Notes under the pieces: model-generated
Databases searched by the model: none
The model's input: the letters and a program-made list of their open reading frames with translations, nothing else
What the model was told of the DNA's origin: nothing
Shown: in pieces, positions 19,863 to 27,995 of the stretch
Numbering within the stretch: position 1 is the stretch's first letter
Layout of the letters: every line of letters begins with the position of its first letter
Source of the DNA: Candidatus Aminicenantes bacterium
GTDB taxonomy: Bacteria > Acidobacteriota > Aminicenantia > Aminicenantales > JAFGBC01
NCBI GenBank assembly: GCA_963702005.1
Contig: OY969696.1
Coordinates: 2,560,001 to 2,624,000, forward strand
Reading direction: 5' to 3'
DNA: 64,000 bases
Program-made: the position numbers and the translations under genes

Positions 19863-20477
19863 AAAGTAAAGATCCCCGCGGCAAGCCGCGGGGCATTAGG
19901 AGCGCAGCTTCAAGGCCAGCTGCGCAGGCCCTTGCTCCAGTTCTCGGTGACTGACGATGTACTTCGCGATCACATCCCTCGTCATCCGGTCTCCGACCGT
20001 CCTTGCGAAATATCCGTCCTCCCACACTTCCCCGCCCCATAGCTTCTTTTTCAAGCCCGCAAACTCGCGAAACAACCCCCTCCCACTCATGCTCTTTATG
20101 ATCCTGACGACCTCCCCGATCGATCGCGATGGCGGAAATGATACTAGCAAATGAATATGATCTTCGGTAATTTCCATCTCGATGATTTCAATATCGTACG
20201 ATTCGCAAATCTCTCCCATGATCTGTTTCGCTCGTTCCCGGACTTCCACCCGCTCGAATATCTTCTTCCGGTACTTCGGACACCAGACCAGATGGTAGGA
20301 CGTGTCGTAGACCGAATGACTCGTCCGTTTCAGCGTCACCCATATACTTTACCACACTCCCGAGCAAGGGCCTTTGTGGATAAGGGGGACTTTCCGGTCC
20401 CCCTGATCACCCCCTCGGCAAGGCATACATTCCACCCCGTGGCAAGCCACGGGGCAGCCTGTAAAGCTTTCGTGCAA
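19863..20477 (-). mobile_element. IS200-family insertion sequence, copy 1 (tnpA only)
   Basis: 615 bp shared with 54728-55342; subterminal hairpins CCCCGCGGCAAGCCGCGGGG and CCCCGTGGCAAGCCACGGGG. Confidence 0.92.
19896..20339 (-). CDS. tnpA: IS200/IS605 Y1 (HUH) transposase
   Basis: YHLVWCPKYR, DHIHLL, W..GYF..TVG and catalytic KYI. Confidence 0.95.
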   Translation of the reverse strand: MTLKRTSHSVYDTSYHLVWCPKYRKKIFERVEVRERAKQIMGEICESYDIEIIEMEITEDHIHLLVSFPPSRSIGEVVRIIKSMSGRGLFREFAGLKKKLWGGEVWEDGYFARTVGDRMTRDVIAKYIVSHRELEQGPAQLALKLRS

Positions 20478-20509
20478 TCGGATTAGTATGATAATGAATT
20501 CCTGTCCGA

Positions 20510-21136
20510 TTATTTCACCTTGATGATGAAATTCACGGCGGCGTTCTTGGGCCTGGTTTCTTCTCCCGCGTTGAGCCGCGATTTGGTGTTATATCTTATC
20601 GCGCCTAATATATTCGCCTTCGCCGAGGTGGTGTTATATACATTCGTGCCTTGCCAGACCGACGTTCCTGATCCTGTATCAGCAATATCAACATACGCAG
20701 CCAAACCAGCGAAGGTGTGAATATGCTCCGTCTGGTCGTGCGTATGATTCTGCAGCGAATCTTCTTGCACGGACCCGACGCCCGTCGCGCTTCCGCCGGG
20801 CTTGGACGGCGCCCTCTTCTTGACGTCCGGGTCCCGGCCGCTCCCGGCGTCGTCGCCCCGCAGGAATCTTCCTCGGAGATCCGGCAGGTAGAACGTGTAG
20901 CCGCTCCCCCCCCAGCGTCTCCCGATAACCGCATAGAGGTCCTTATAAACAGCCGTGTTCATCGCCTTGCCGTCGCACAGCATCCAGCCTGCGGGAACCG
21001 ATTTTGCTTCTCCAGCCCAGGCGATGATCGTCCCCACCGGTAGCGAATCGCTGGCCGCCCTCGCCGGAGCCATGATTCCTACGGCGCCCACAGCCGACAA
21101 CATTGATAGAACGCCGGCCAATACTAAGTTCTTCAT
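20510..21136 (-). CDS. Secreted phage tail-collar domain protein, copy 1
   Basis: Signal peptide ending APARA; PVGTIIAW, GWMLCDG, F.LPDLRGRFLRG, HTH..HIH, ETRPKNAAVNFIIK. Confidence 0.88.
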   Translation of the reverse strand: MKNLVLAGVLSMLSAVGAVGIMAPARAASDSLPVGTIIAWAGEAKSVPAGWMLCDGKAMNTAVYKDLYAVIGRRWGGSGYTFYLPDLRGRFLRGDDAGSGRDPDVKKRAPSKPGGSATGVGSVQEDSLQNHTHDQTEHIHTFAGLAAYVDIADTGSGTSVWQGTNVYNTTSAKANILGAIRYNTKSRLNAGEETRPKNAAVNFIIKVK

Positions 21137-21246
21137 AGCTAGCCCTCCTTACAAAAACAGGATAAGCCGGATAAGGATTCCCATTTCAATCACGTCCGCC
21201 CGCAATCCACACTTCAGGTCGAATGCTCATCCTGCTTCTTGGGACA

Positions 21247-21275
21247 AAGATAAATCCCTGTCCTGGATATGTCAA
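21247..21275 (-). promoter_or_regulatory. sigma70 promoter of collar gene 1
   Basis: TTGACA-17bp-TATCTT on the minus strand. Confidence 0.65.
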
Positions 21276-21317
21276 GGATAGGGGAAGAGAGGTCGGGTTG
21301 CTCGGCGATCGTCCGCG

Positions 21318-21400
21318 GGGAGTCCGATGCGGTCAGGGAAGGCCCGGACCTATGCGGATCGGGCGCTTCCGATCACGAGCGGGACGGGCAAGCCCGAAGC
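21318..21400. repeat. About 83-bp intergenic repeat, copy A (copy B at 22132-22214)
   Basis: Shared core CCCGGACCTATGCGGATCGGGCGCTTCCGATCACGAGCGGGACGGGCAAGCC downstream of collar genes 2 and 3. Confidence 0.85.
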
Positions 21401-22038
21401 TATTTCACCTTGATGATGAAATTCACGGCGGCGTTTTTCGGGCGCGTTTCTTCTCCCGCGTTGACTCGCGATTTGGTGCCGTACTTAATCGCGCCCATGA
21501 TATTTGCAGAGGCCGAGTCTGTATTGGTGTAGCTGCTCGTCCACGAATTCATGTTGACCGCATAATAGCCTGACGCTGATGTAGTCGCCCCAAAAGAGGA
21601 GGTATATCTCCCATACATATGCTGATGGGGAGTTTGCTCATGCGCATGGTTTTGCAGCGAATCCTCCTCGACCGAACCGACTCCCGTGGCGCTGCCGCCA
21701 GGATTGGAGGGCATTCGCTTCTTCACATCAGGGTCACGGCCCGTTCCGGCATCGTCCCCCCGGAGGAACCTTCCCCTCAGGTCGGGCAGGTTGAACTTAT
21801 CGCCTGCGCTTCCCCATGACGTTCCGATGGCCGTGAAGAGTTCTTTATAGACCGATTTGCTCAGAGCCTTCCCGTTGCACAGCATCCAGCCAGCCGGAAC
21901 GGAACTCGATGTTCCGCACCAGGCGATGACAGTGCCCACCGGAAGCGAGTCACCGGCAGCGCGCGCTGGCGCCATGATTACTGCGATGCCCATAATTAAT
22001 AACGAAGATAGAACCCCTACCAATAGCAACTTTTTCAT
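21400..22038 (-). CDS. Secreted phage tail-collar domain protein, copy 2
   Basis: Same motifs as copy 1; ATG 22038 with RBS GGAGGG. Confidence 0.88.
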   Translation of the reverse strand: MKKLLLVGVLSSLLIMGIAVIMAPARAAGDSLPVGTVIAWCGTSSSVPAGWMLCNGKALSKSVYKELFTAIGTSWGSAGDKFNLPDLRGRFLRGDDAGTGRDPDVKKRMPSNPGGSATGVGSVEEDSLQNHAHEQTPHQHMYGRYTSSFGATTSASGYYAVNMNSWTSSYTNTDSASANIMGAIKYGTKSRVNAGEETRPKNAAVNFIIKVK

Positions 22039-22068
22039 TGAGCCCTCCACAATCCACAATCTGGGACA

Positions 22069-22097
22069 AGAATATGTGCCATCTTAGGAGATGTCAA
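22069..22097 (-). promoter_or_regulatory. sigma70 promoter of collar gene 2
   Basis: TTGACA-17bp-TATTCT. Confidence 0.65.
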
Positions 22098-22131
22098 GGA
22101 CGAAGGGATGATAGGTTGGCGGCCGCCCGTA

Positions 22132-22214
22132 GGGAGTCCGATGAGGCCGAGGAAAGCCCGGACCTATGCGGATCGGGCGCTTCCGATCACGAGCGGGACG
22201 GGCAAGCCTGGAGC
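22132..22214. repeat. About 83-bp intergenic repeat, copy B
   Basis: Near-identical to 21318-21400. Confidence 0.85.
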
Positions 22215-22843
22215 TATTTTACCTTGATGATGAAATTGACTGCGGTGTTCTTGGGACGGGTTTCCTCTCCGGCGCTGACCGCTGATTTTGTATTGTATCT
22301 ATTTGCGCCGAGGATATTCGCGTTCGAAGAAGTCGAGGTTAGATGTTTCGTATTCGTCCCTTTGATCCAAGTCCCACTTCCAGTATCGGCAATTTGAAAG
22401 ATATTGTACTCGAAAAGGTAATCATGGGTATGGGGAGTTTGGTCATGTGAATGGTTTTGCAGCGAATCCGCTTGAACGGAGCCGACACCGGTCGTATTGC
22501 CGCCCGGATTGGACGGAACCCTTTTATTCGCGTCGGGGTCACGGCCCGTTCCAGCATCGTCGCCCCGGAGGAATCGCCCCCTCAGGTCGGGCAGGTTGAA
22601 CTTATCGCCCGCGCTTCCCCAAGATGTCCCGATAGCCGTGAAGAGTTCTTTATAGACCGATTTGTTCAGAGCTTTGCCGTTGCATAGCATCCAGTTGGCT
22701 GGCACGGAGCTCGATGGACCGCCCCAGGCGATGATGGTGCCCACGGGCAGCGAATTGTCCGTCGCCCTTGTTGGGGCCATGATACCCACCGCGCCCACAG
22801 CCGACAACGTTGATAGAACGCCGGCCAATACTATGTTCTTCAT
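22214..22843 (-). CDS. Secreted phage tail-collar domain protein, copy 3
   Basis: Same motifs; HSH..HTH. Confidence 0.88.
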   Translation of the reverse strand: MKNIVLAGVLSTLSAVGAVGIMAPTRATDNSLPVGTIIAWGGPSSSVPANWMLCNGKALNKSVYKELFTAIGTSWGSAGDKFNLPDLRGRFLRGDDAGTGRDPDANKRVPSNPGGNTTGVGSVQADSLQNHSHDQTPHTHDYLFEYNIFQIADTGSGTWIKGTNTKHLTSTSSNANILGANRYNTKSAVSAGEETRPKNTAVNFIIKVK

Positions 22844-22946
22844 AGCTATCCCTCCTTATAAAAACAGGATAAGCCGGATAAGGATTCCCTTTTCAACCGC
22901 ATCCGCCCGCAATCCAGGTCGTTTTCGCATCCTGCGAACTAAGACA

Positions 22947-22975
22947 AGCATAAGGACCGGCTTGGTAGGTGTCAA
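22947..22975 (-). promoter_or_regulatory. sigma70 promoter of collar gene 3
   Basis: TTGACA-17bp-TATGCT. Confidence 0.65.
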
Positions 22976-23062
22976 GGACGGCGGGAAGAGAGGCCGGGAC
23001 AGGATATTCTCAAGTTGCACGAAACAATAAAATCGCATATATTTTTAGAGCTTCGACCGGGT

Positions 23063-23094
23063 GCCGGAGTGGCGGAACTGGCAGACGCGCTGGA
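23063..23094 (+). pseudogene. Truncated 5' fragment of tRNA-Leu
   Basis: GCCGGAGTGGCGGAACTGGCAGACGCGCTGGA matches 25012-25043 with one mismatch, and about 90 bp of upstream sequence is also duplicated; no T-arm follows. Confidence 0.85.
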
Positions 23095-23211
23095 ATAAAA
23101 ATTCCTTCGTCGTTGATGCGGGGCGATGGCGAAAATTTATTTATTCAAGGCCCGGGCCGGAAAATCCGGGCGATTCTGAGCGCAAGCGGGACGAAATTAA
23201 AAGGGGGGATT

Positions 23212-23841
23212 CTATTTCACCTTGATGATGAAATTCACGCTCGCGTTCTTGGGACGGGTTTCCTCTCCGGTTTTGACCTGAGACTTTGTTTTATACGTTT
23301 TCGCGCCCATGATGTACGCAGTACTCGGGAGGCCACTCCTTTCAGTGGACGGGTTAGGTCGCATGAACTGCCAATCTAGCCCCGCCTGGGCATTCGCGCT
23401 GTAATTATGGTCCTCGAAATTATGGCTATGCGGGGCCTGATCATGCGTATGGTTTTGCATCATGTCATCTTGGACCGATCCGACGCCCGTCGCGCTGCCG
23501 CCCGGATTGCAGGGCTTGCGATTCTTTGCATCGGGATCCCGGTGCGTTCCGGCATCCTCGCCCCGGAGGAATCTTCCTCTGAGGTCCGGCAGGTTGAACT
23601 TATCGTCTGCGCTTCCCCATGACGTTCCGATGGCCGTGAAGAGTTCTTTATAGACCGATTTGCTCAGAGCCTTCCCGTTGCATAGCATCCAGTTTGCTGG
23701 AACGGAGCTTGATACGCCGCCCCAGGCGATGATGGTGCCCACTGGCATTCCATCGTCGGTCGCCCTCGCCGGTGCCATAATGCCTACGGCGCCCACAGCC
23801 GACAACATTGAAAGAATCCCCGCCAACACGAAATTTTTCAT
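23212..23841 (-). CDS. Secreted phage tail-collar domain protein, copy 4
   Basis: Same motifs; HTH..HSH. Confidence 0.88.
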   Translation of the reverse strand: MKNFVLAGILSMLSAVGAVGIMAPARATDDGMPVGTIIAWGGVSSSVPANWMLCNGKALSKSVYKELFTAIGTSWGSADDKFNLPDLRGRFLRGEDAGTHRDPDAKNRKPCNPGGSATGVGSVQDDMMQNHTHDQAPHSHNFEDHNYSANAQAGLDWQFMRPNPSTERSGLPSTAYIMGAKTYKTKSQVKTGEETRPKNASVNFIIKVK

Positions 23842-24178
23842 CGCTTTCCCTCCTTATATATAGAGATATTTTTGAAATTGGACCCATTTTCCGCAAGCCG
23901 GGATGTCCGAAGGCGGCAGCTTGCGAAGAGCCATAGCTTTCAAAAACGGCACAGAACTATTTCTCCGTTTTGCTAAAACCAACCCCGATATAAATATGTT
24001 ATATACTCAGCTGATGATCGAAATCAACAAAAGACAAATACCTCATTCGGACCGTTTTTGGTAATGCTTATCCGTTTACCGAAATTGCCCTCCTTCTTGG
24101 GAACGGGGATTAGCGTCACCTTGAGCAATCGTTCCCCCTTGGGGCGACGCAGATGAATAAAGTGGGGTTGTCCTTCGT

Positions 24179-24805
24179 TCATCTCACCTTGATGATGAAA
24201 TTCACGGCCGCGTTCTTGGGGCGGGATTCTTCTCCCGCCTTGATTTCTGAGCTGGTTTTGTATTTTATTGCGCCGAATAATTCCGGTTGGGCCCATGTCG
24301 TGGTTCGAGCGCCTTCAGTAGCCCAGGCGAACAAATAATCATTACCTAAATCTGCTTTAGCGTAGCCATCATAATGTTGATAATTATGGTTATGTCGATT
24401 CTGATAGTGCGAATGCTCTTGAATGGAATCCTCTTGCACCGAGCCGACGCCTGTCGCGCTGCCGCCGGGATTGGAAGGCTTCCGCTTTTTCACATCGGGG
24501 TCGCGGCCCGTCCCGCCATCATCACCCCGAAGGAACCTCCCCCTTAGGTCAGGCAGGTTGAATTTATCGCCGGAACTTCCCCACGAGGTTCCGATGGCAG
24601 CGAAAAGGTCTTTATAGACTGTTTTGTTTAGCGCTCTGCCGTTGCACAACATCCAGCTCGTCGGGATGGAGCTTGTCTCCCCGCCCCAAGCGATGATGGT
24701 GCCCACGGGCAGCGAATTGTCCGTCGCCCTTGTTGGGGCCATGATACCCACCGCGCCCACAGCCGACAACATTGATAGAACGCCGGCCAATGCTAAGTTC
24801 TTCAT
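24179..24805 (-). CDS. Secreted phage tail-collar domain protein, copy 5
   Basis: Same motifs; HSH..HNH. Confidence 0.88.
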   Translation of the reverse strand: MKNLALAGVLSMLSAVGAVGIMAPTRATDNSLPVGTIIAWGGETSSIPTSWMLCNGRALNKTVYKDLFAAIGTSWGSSGDKFNLPDLRGRFLRGDDGGTGRDPDVKKRKPSNPGGSATGVGSVQEDSIQEHSHYQNRHNHNYQHYDGYAKADLGNDYLFAWATEGARTTTWAQPELFGAIKYKTSSEIKAGEESRPKNAAVNFIIKVR

Positions 24806-24895
24806 AGCTAACCCTCCTTATTAGGATTCCCTTTTCAACCGCGTCTACCCGCAATCCGTAATTCAGATCGATTTTCCATCTTGCTACTTGGGACA

Positions 24896-24924
24896 AAGAT
24901 AAATCCCTGTTCTGGATATGTCAA
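24896..24924 (-). promoter_or_regulatory. sigma70 promoter of collar gene 5
   Basis: TTGACA-17bp-TATCTT. Confidence 0.65.
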
Positions 24925-25011
24925 GAACGACGGGATGAGAGGTCGGGACAGGATATTCTCAAGTTGCGCGAAATGATAAAATCGCATATATTTTTAGAGC
25001 TTTGACCGGGT

Positions 25012-25100
25012 GCCGGAGTGGCGGAAATGGCAGACGCGCTGGACTCAAAATCCAGTCCGGGGCGACTCGGGTGTGGGTTCGATTCCCTCCTCCGGCACCA
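25012..25100 (+). tRNA. tRNA-Leu (CAA)
   Basis: Acceptor stem GCCGGAG/CTCCGGC, anticodon arm CTGGA-CTCAAAA-TCCAG, long variable arm, GGTTCGATTCC, encoded CCA. Confidence 0.96.
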
Positions 25101-25121
25101 TATGTTGCGAGGAGGGTTTGA

Positions 25122-26177
25122 ATGAACTTTGCGCGGGTCGCGCTGGCGGCCGCGGCGTTTTGCGCCGCCTGCGCCACGGCGAGCGCGCCCGCGGCGGCGC
25201 CCAAGGGCCCGCTCCCTGCCTTCCAGAAAGGGATCGCCTACACCGGCTATTCGAGCGGAGCCTACGAGGGCGAGGGAGCGCGCCGGGCCGTGAAGGACCT
25301 AGCGGCGACGAACGCTCGCTGGATCCAGGTCCTCGTCACGGGCTATCAAGACACGATCAAGTCCACCTTTATAACCCGGACGGGGAAAGAGACGCCTACG
25401 GACTCTTCCCTGACCGGGATCATCCGCTACGCCAAAAGCCTCGGCCTGAAGGTTTTTCTGAAGCCCCACGTCGACCTTCTCCTCGACCCCACCCGCTGGA
25501 GGGGGGAGATCGGCCTGGGATTCACGGAAGCGGAGTGGGATCTCTGGTTCTTGTCCTACCGGGCTTTCCTAGTCCATTATGCCCTCATGGCCGAGAGCTT
25601 GGGCGTGGAAATGTTCTGCGCCGGCTGCGAGCTCGATTCGACCGTCGGCCGCGTCGAGGATTGGCGCCGGACGATCGGCGCCGTTCGGACCGTTTACAAA
25701 GGCCGATTGACCTACGCCGACGATCAGATCGAGCAAGATCCGGATGCCGTCCAGTGGTGGAACGCCCTGGACTTCATTGGCATGGACGCCTACCCGACGC
25801 TGACCGACAAGCTCCATCCGACCGTCGAAGACTTCAGCTCGGGCTGGTCCCGCTACATCGCGGAGCTGCGCGCGCTCGCGCGCCGATGGCGGAAGCCCCT
25901 GATCCTGACCGAGATCGGCTACCGGAGCGTCCAGGGCGGCGCCCAGAATCCCTGGGATTGGCAGCGTACGGGGCCGGTCGATCTGGAGGTCCAGGCCAAC
26001 GCCTATGAGGCGGCTTTCGGGGCGGTCCAGGGAGAGGATTGGCTCCGGGGCATGTATTGGTGGCAGTGGTCGCCCGACCCGGACGAGGGCGGGACCGGTG
26101 ACACCGGATATACCCCTCACGGCAAGCCGGCCGAGAAGGTCCTGACGGCCCGTTATAAACGGGCCTTCCTGCGATAG
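25122..26177 (+). CDS. GH113-family glycoside hydrolase (TIM barrel), exported
   Basis: LKVFLKPHV, WRGEI, GCEL, LTYA, LDFIGMDAY, LTEIGYRS, G.YWWQW. Confidence 0.8.
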   Translation: MNFARVALAAAAFCAACATASAPAAAPKGPLPAFQKGIAYTGYSSGAYEGEGARRAVKDLAATNARWIQVLVTGYQDTIKSTFITRTGKETPTDSSLTGIIRYAKSLGLKVFLKPHVDLLLDPTRWRGEIGLGFTEAEWDLWFLSYRAFLVHYALMAESLGVEMFCAGCELDSTVGRVEDWRRTIGAVRTVYKGRLTYADDQIEQDPDAVQWWNALDFIGMDAYPTLTDKLHPTVEDFSSGWSRYIAELRALARRWRKPLILTEIGYRSVQGGAQNPWDWQRTGPVDLEVQANAYEAAFGAVQGEDWLRGMYWWQWSPDPDEGGTGDTGYTPHGKPAEKVLTARYKRAFLR

Positions 26178-26192
26178 CCGAGGAGGTTTCGG

Positions 26193-27290
26193 ATGAAGGC
26201 CAGGAGCGCTAGGCTTCTATCCCTCGACGCGTTTCGCGGGCTGACGATCGCGTTCATGATCCTCGTCAACAATCCCGGGAGCTGGGACCACGTCTACTGG
26301 CCGCTGAAACATGCCGCCTGGCACGGCTGGACGCCGACCGACCTGATCTTTCCCTTTTTCCTGTTCATCGTCGGCGTCGCCATCCCCCTGGCCCTGGGCC
26401 GGCGCAAGGACGAGGGCATCCCGGCCGCCGGCCTCTACGGCAAGATCTTTTCCCGGACGTTCATCATCTTCGGGCTGGGGCTCCTCCTCAATTTCGTGCC
26501 CAAGTTCAACCTGCCCGCGCTCAGGATTCCGGGAGTCCTCCAGAGAATCGCAATCTGTTATCTCGTCGCCTCCCTTCTCTATCTCAGGGGCGGCTGGAAG
26601 GGGAGGGCGCTGGCCGCTTTCCTGCTCATGGCCGTCTATTGGCTGGCCATGAAGCTCATCCCCGTCCCGGGCTTCGGGGCGGGCGACCTGAGCCAGGCCG
26701 GAAACGTGTGCGGCTTCATCGACCGGACCCTGATGGGGGGCCATCTCTACCTTCCGGGCTTCGACCCGGAAGGAGTGCTCAGCACGCTGCCGGCCGTCGC
26801 CTCGACCCTGCTGGGCGTCCTGACGGGAGAGTGGTTGAAGTCGCGCTTGTCCCTGATGACCAAATGGGCCGGGCTGTGGGTCGCGGGGACGTTCCTGGCC
26901 GCGGCCGGGATCTTCCTCCATCCCCTGATCCCGATCAACAAGCAGCTCTGGACGCCGAGCTTCGTCCTGTTCACGGCCGGGGCGGCCATGCTCCTGTTCG
27001 GCGCTTGCTATCTCGTCATCGACGGAATCCGGTTCAAAGTCTGGGCCGTTCCGTTCCTCGTCTTAGGGACGAATGCCATCGTCATCTATGCCGGTTCGTC
27101 CCTGATGACCAAGATCATCCAAACGGTCGCGGTCGGCGGCACGTCGTTGAAGGCCTGGATCTACGGCCATGTCTTCGTTCCGGCGGCGGGTCCGCTCAAC
27201 GGTTCGCTGGCCTTCGCGATCGTCTTCGTCCTGTTCTGGCTGGCCGTCGCCCTTCCGTTCTACGTCAAGAAAATCTTCATCAAGATCTGA
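26193..27290 (+). CDS. HGSNAT / NagX-like (DUF5009) membrane acyltransferase-transporter
   Basis: [49 protein letters not shown]. Confidence 0.87.
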   Translation: MKARSARLLSLDAFRGLTIAFMILVNNPGSWDHVYWPLKHAAWHGWTPTDLIFPFFLFIVGVAIPLALGRRKDEGIPAAGLYGKIFSRTFIIFGLGLLLNFVPKFNLPALRIPGVLQRIAICYLVASLLYLRGGWKGRALAAFLLMAVYWLAMKLIPVPGFGAGDLSQAGNVCGFIDRTLMGGHLYLPGFDPEGVLSTLPAVASTLLGVLTGEWLKSRLSLMTKWAGLWVAGTFLAAAGIFLHPLIPINKQLWTPSFVLFTAGAAMLLFGACYLVIDGIRFKVWAVPFLVLGTNAIVIYAGSSLMTKIIQTVAVGGTSLKAWIYGHVFVPAAGPLNGSLAFAIVFVLFWLAVALPFYVKKIFIKI

Positions 27291-27306
27291 ATCCAAGGAG
27301 GTTGCC

Positions 27307-27561
27307 GTGTCGGAAAAATCGAAACTCGTGACTTTCCTGTTCTGCTGGGTGCTGGGCGTTTTCGGCGGACACCGCTTCTACGTCGGGAAAATCGGAACGG
27401 GAGTCATCTGGCTCTTGACCTTGGGGGTCTTCGGCATCGGGGTGCTGGTCGACCTGATCATGATCCTGACCGGCTCTTTCACAGACGCCAAGAATGTCCC
27501 GGTCACGGCCTGGATGACGGCCAAAGACGCCCAGGGTAACGTCCTTCACTATCTGGTTTGA
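27307..27561 (+). CDS. TM2-domain membrane protein
   Basis: KSK......[15 protein letters not shown]...L.TLG.FGIG...DLI; GTG start with RBS AAGGAGG. Confidence 0.85.
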   Translation: MSEKSKLVTFLFCWVLGVFGGHRFYVGKIGTGVIWLLTLGVFGIGVLVDLIMILTGSFTDAKNVPVTAWMTAKDAQGNVLHYLV

Positions 27562-27613
27562 TTGACATCCCGGCGCTCTTCTGGTAGAAATTCTTAAGAA
27601 GGGCGAGTTCCTT

Positions 27614-27961
27614 ATGCTGATCAGAAAACGGACACAGGGCGATGTCGTGATCATCGACATCGAGGGCGAGATCCAGCGATCCGACATCACGGACGTGACT
27701 CTCCATCAGGTCGTCAAGGACCATCTCGAGACGGGCTGCCGCAACATCCTCCTCAACCTGGAGAAGGTCCGCTTCATCGACAGCTTTGGCGTGGGCGAGA
27801 TCCTGGCCAGCTTCATCTCGACCCAGAACCTGGGCGGAAAATTCAAGATGGCCCGGATTTCCAAGAAGCTGTTTCTCATCTTCGACGTCACGATGCTGAC
27901 GCGCGTCCTGGAGATTTTCGATACCGAGGAGTCCGCTCTCCAGAGCTTCCCCAAGGCCTGA
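27614..27961 (+). CDS. STAS-domain anti-sigma factor antagonist
   Basis: 115 aa; ILLNLEKVRFIDSFGVG phospho-Ser motif. Confidence 0.88.
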   Translation: MLIRKRTQGDVVIIDIEGEIQRSDITDVTLHQVVKDHLETGCRNILLNLEKVRFIDSFGVGEILASFISTQNLGGKFKMARISKKLFLIFDVTMLTRVLEIFDTEESALQSFPKA

Positions 27962-27995
27962 GCCCTCGGGGTGAAGGGAAGGGCCCGATCCCCCT

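Noticed and set aside
21318-22214. CRISPR array or hammerhead ribozyme in the intergenic repeats
   Set aside because: Only two copies, separated by a whole gene, and no cas genes. CCGATGAG...GAAA in copy B lacks the CUGAUGA core and is not conserved in copy A.
23063-23150. A second functional tRNA-Leu
   Set aside because: Similarity stops at the anticodon loop; no T-arm or 3' acceptor strand.
23860-23960. c-di-GMP riboswitch upstream of collar gene 4
   Set aside because: Hairpins are present but the GCAAA/GAAA tetraloop-receptor consensus is not matched.
20510-24805. Diversity-generating retroelement acting on the collar genes
   Set aside because: No reverse transcriptase or template repeat in the window; variable segments differ in length and at all base types, not only adenines.
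20510-24805. Prophage or tailocin remnant
   Set aside because: No other phage structural, integrase or lysis genes; all five genes have signal peptides, intact frames and host-type RBSs.
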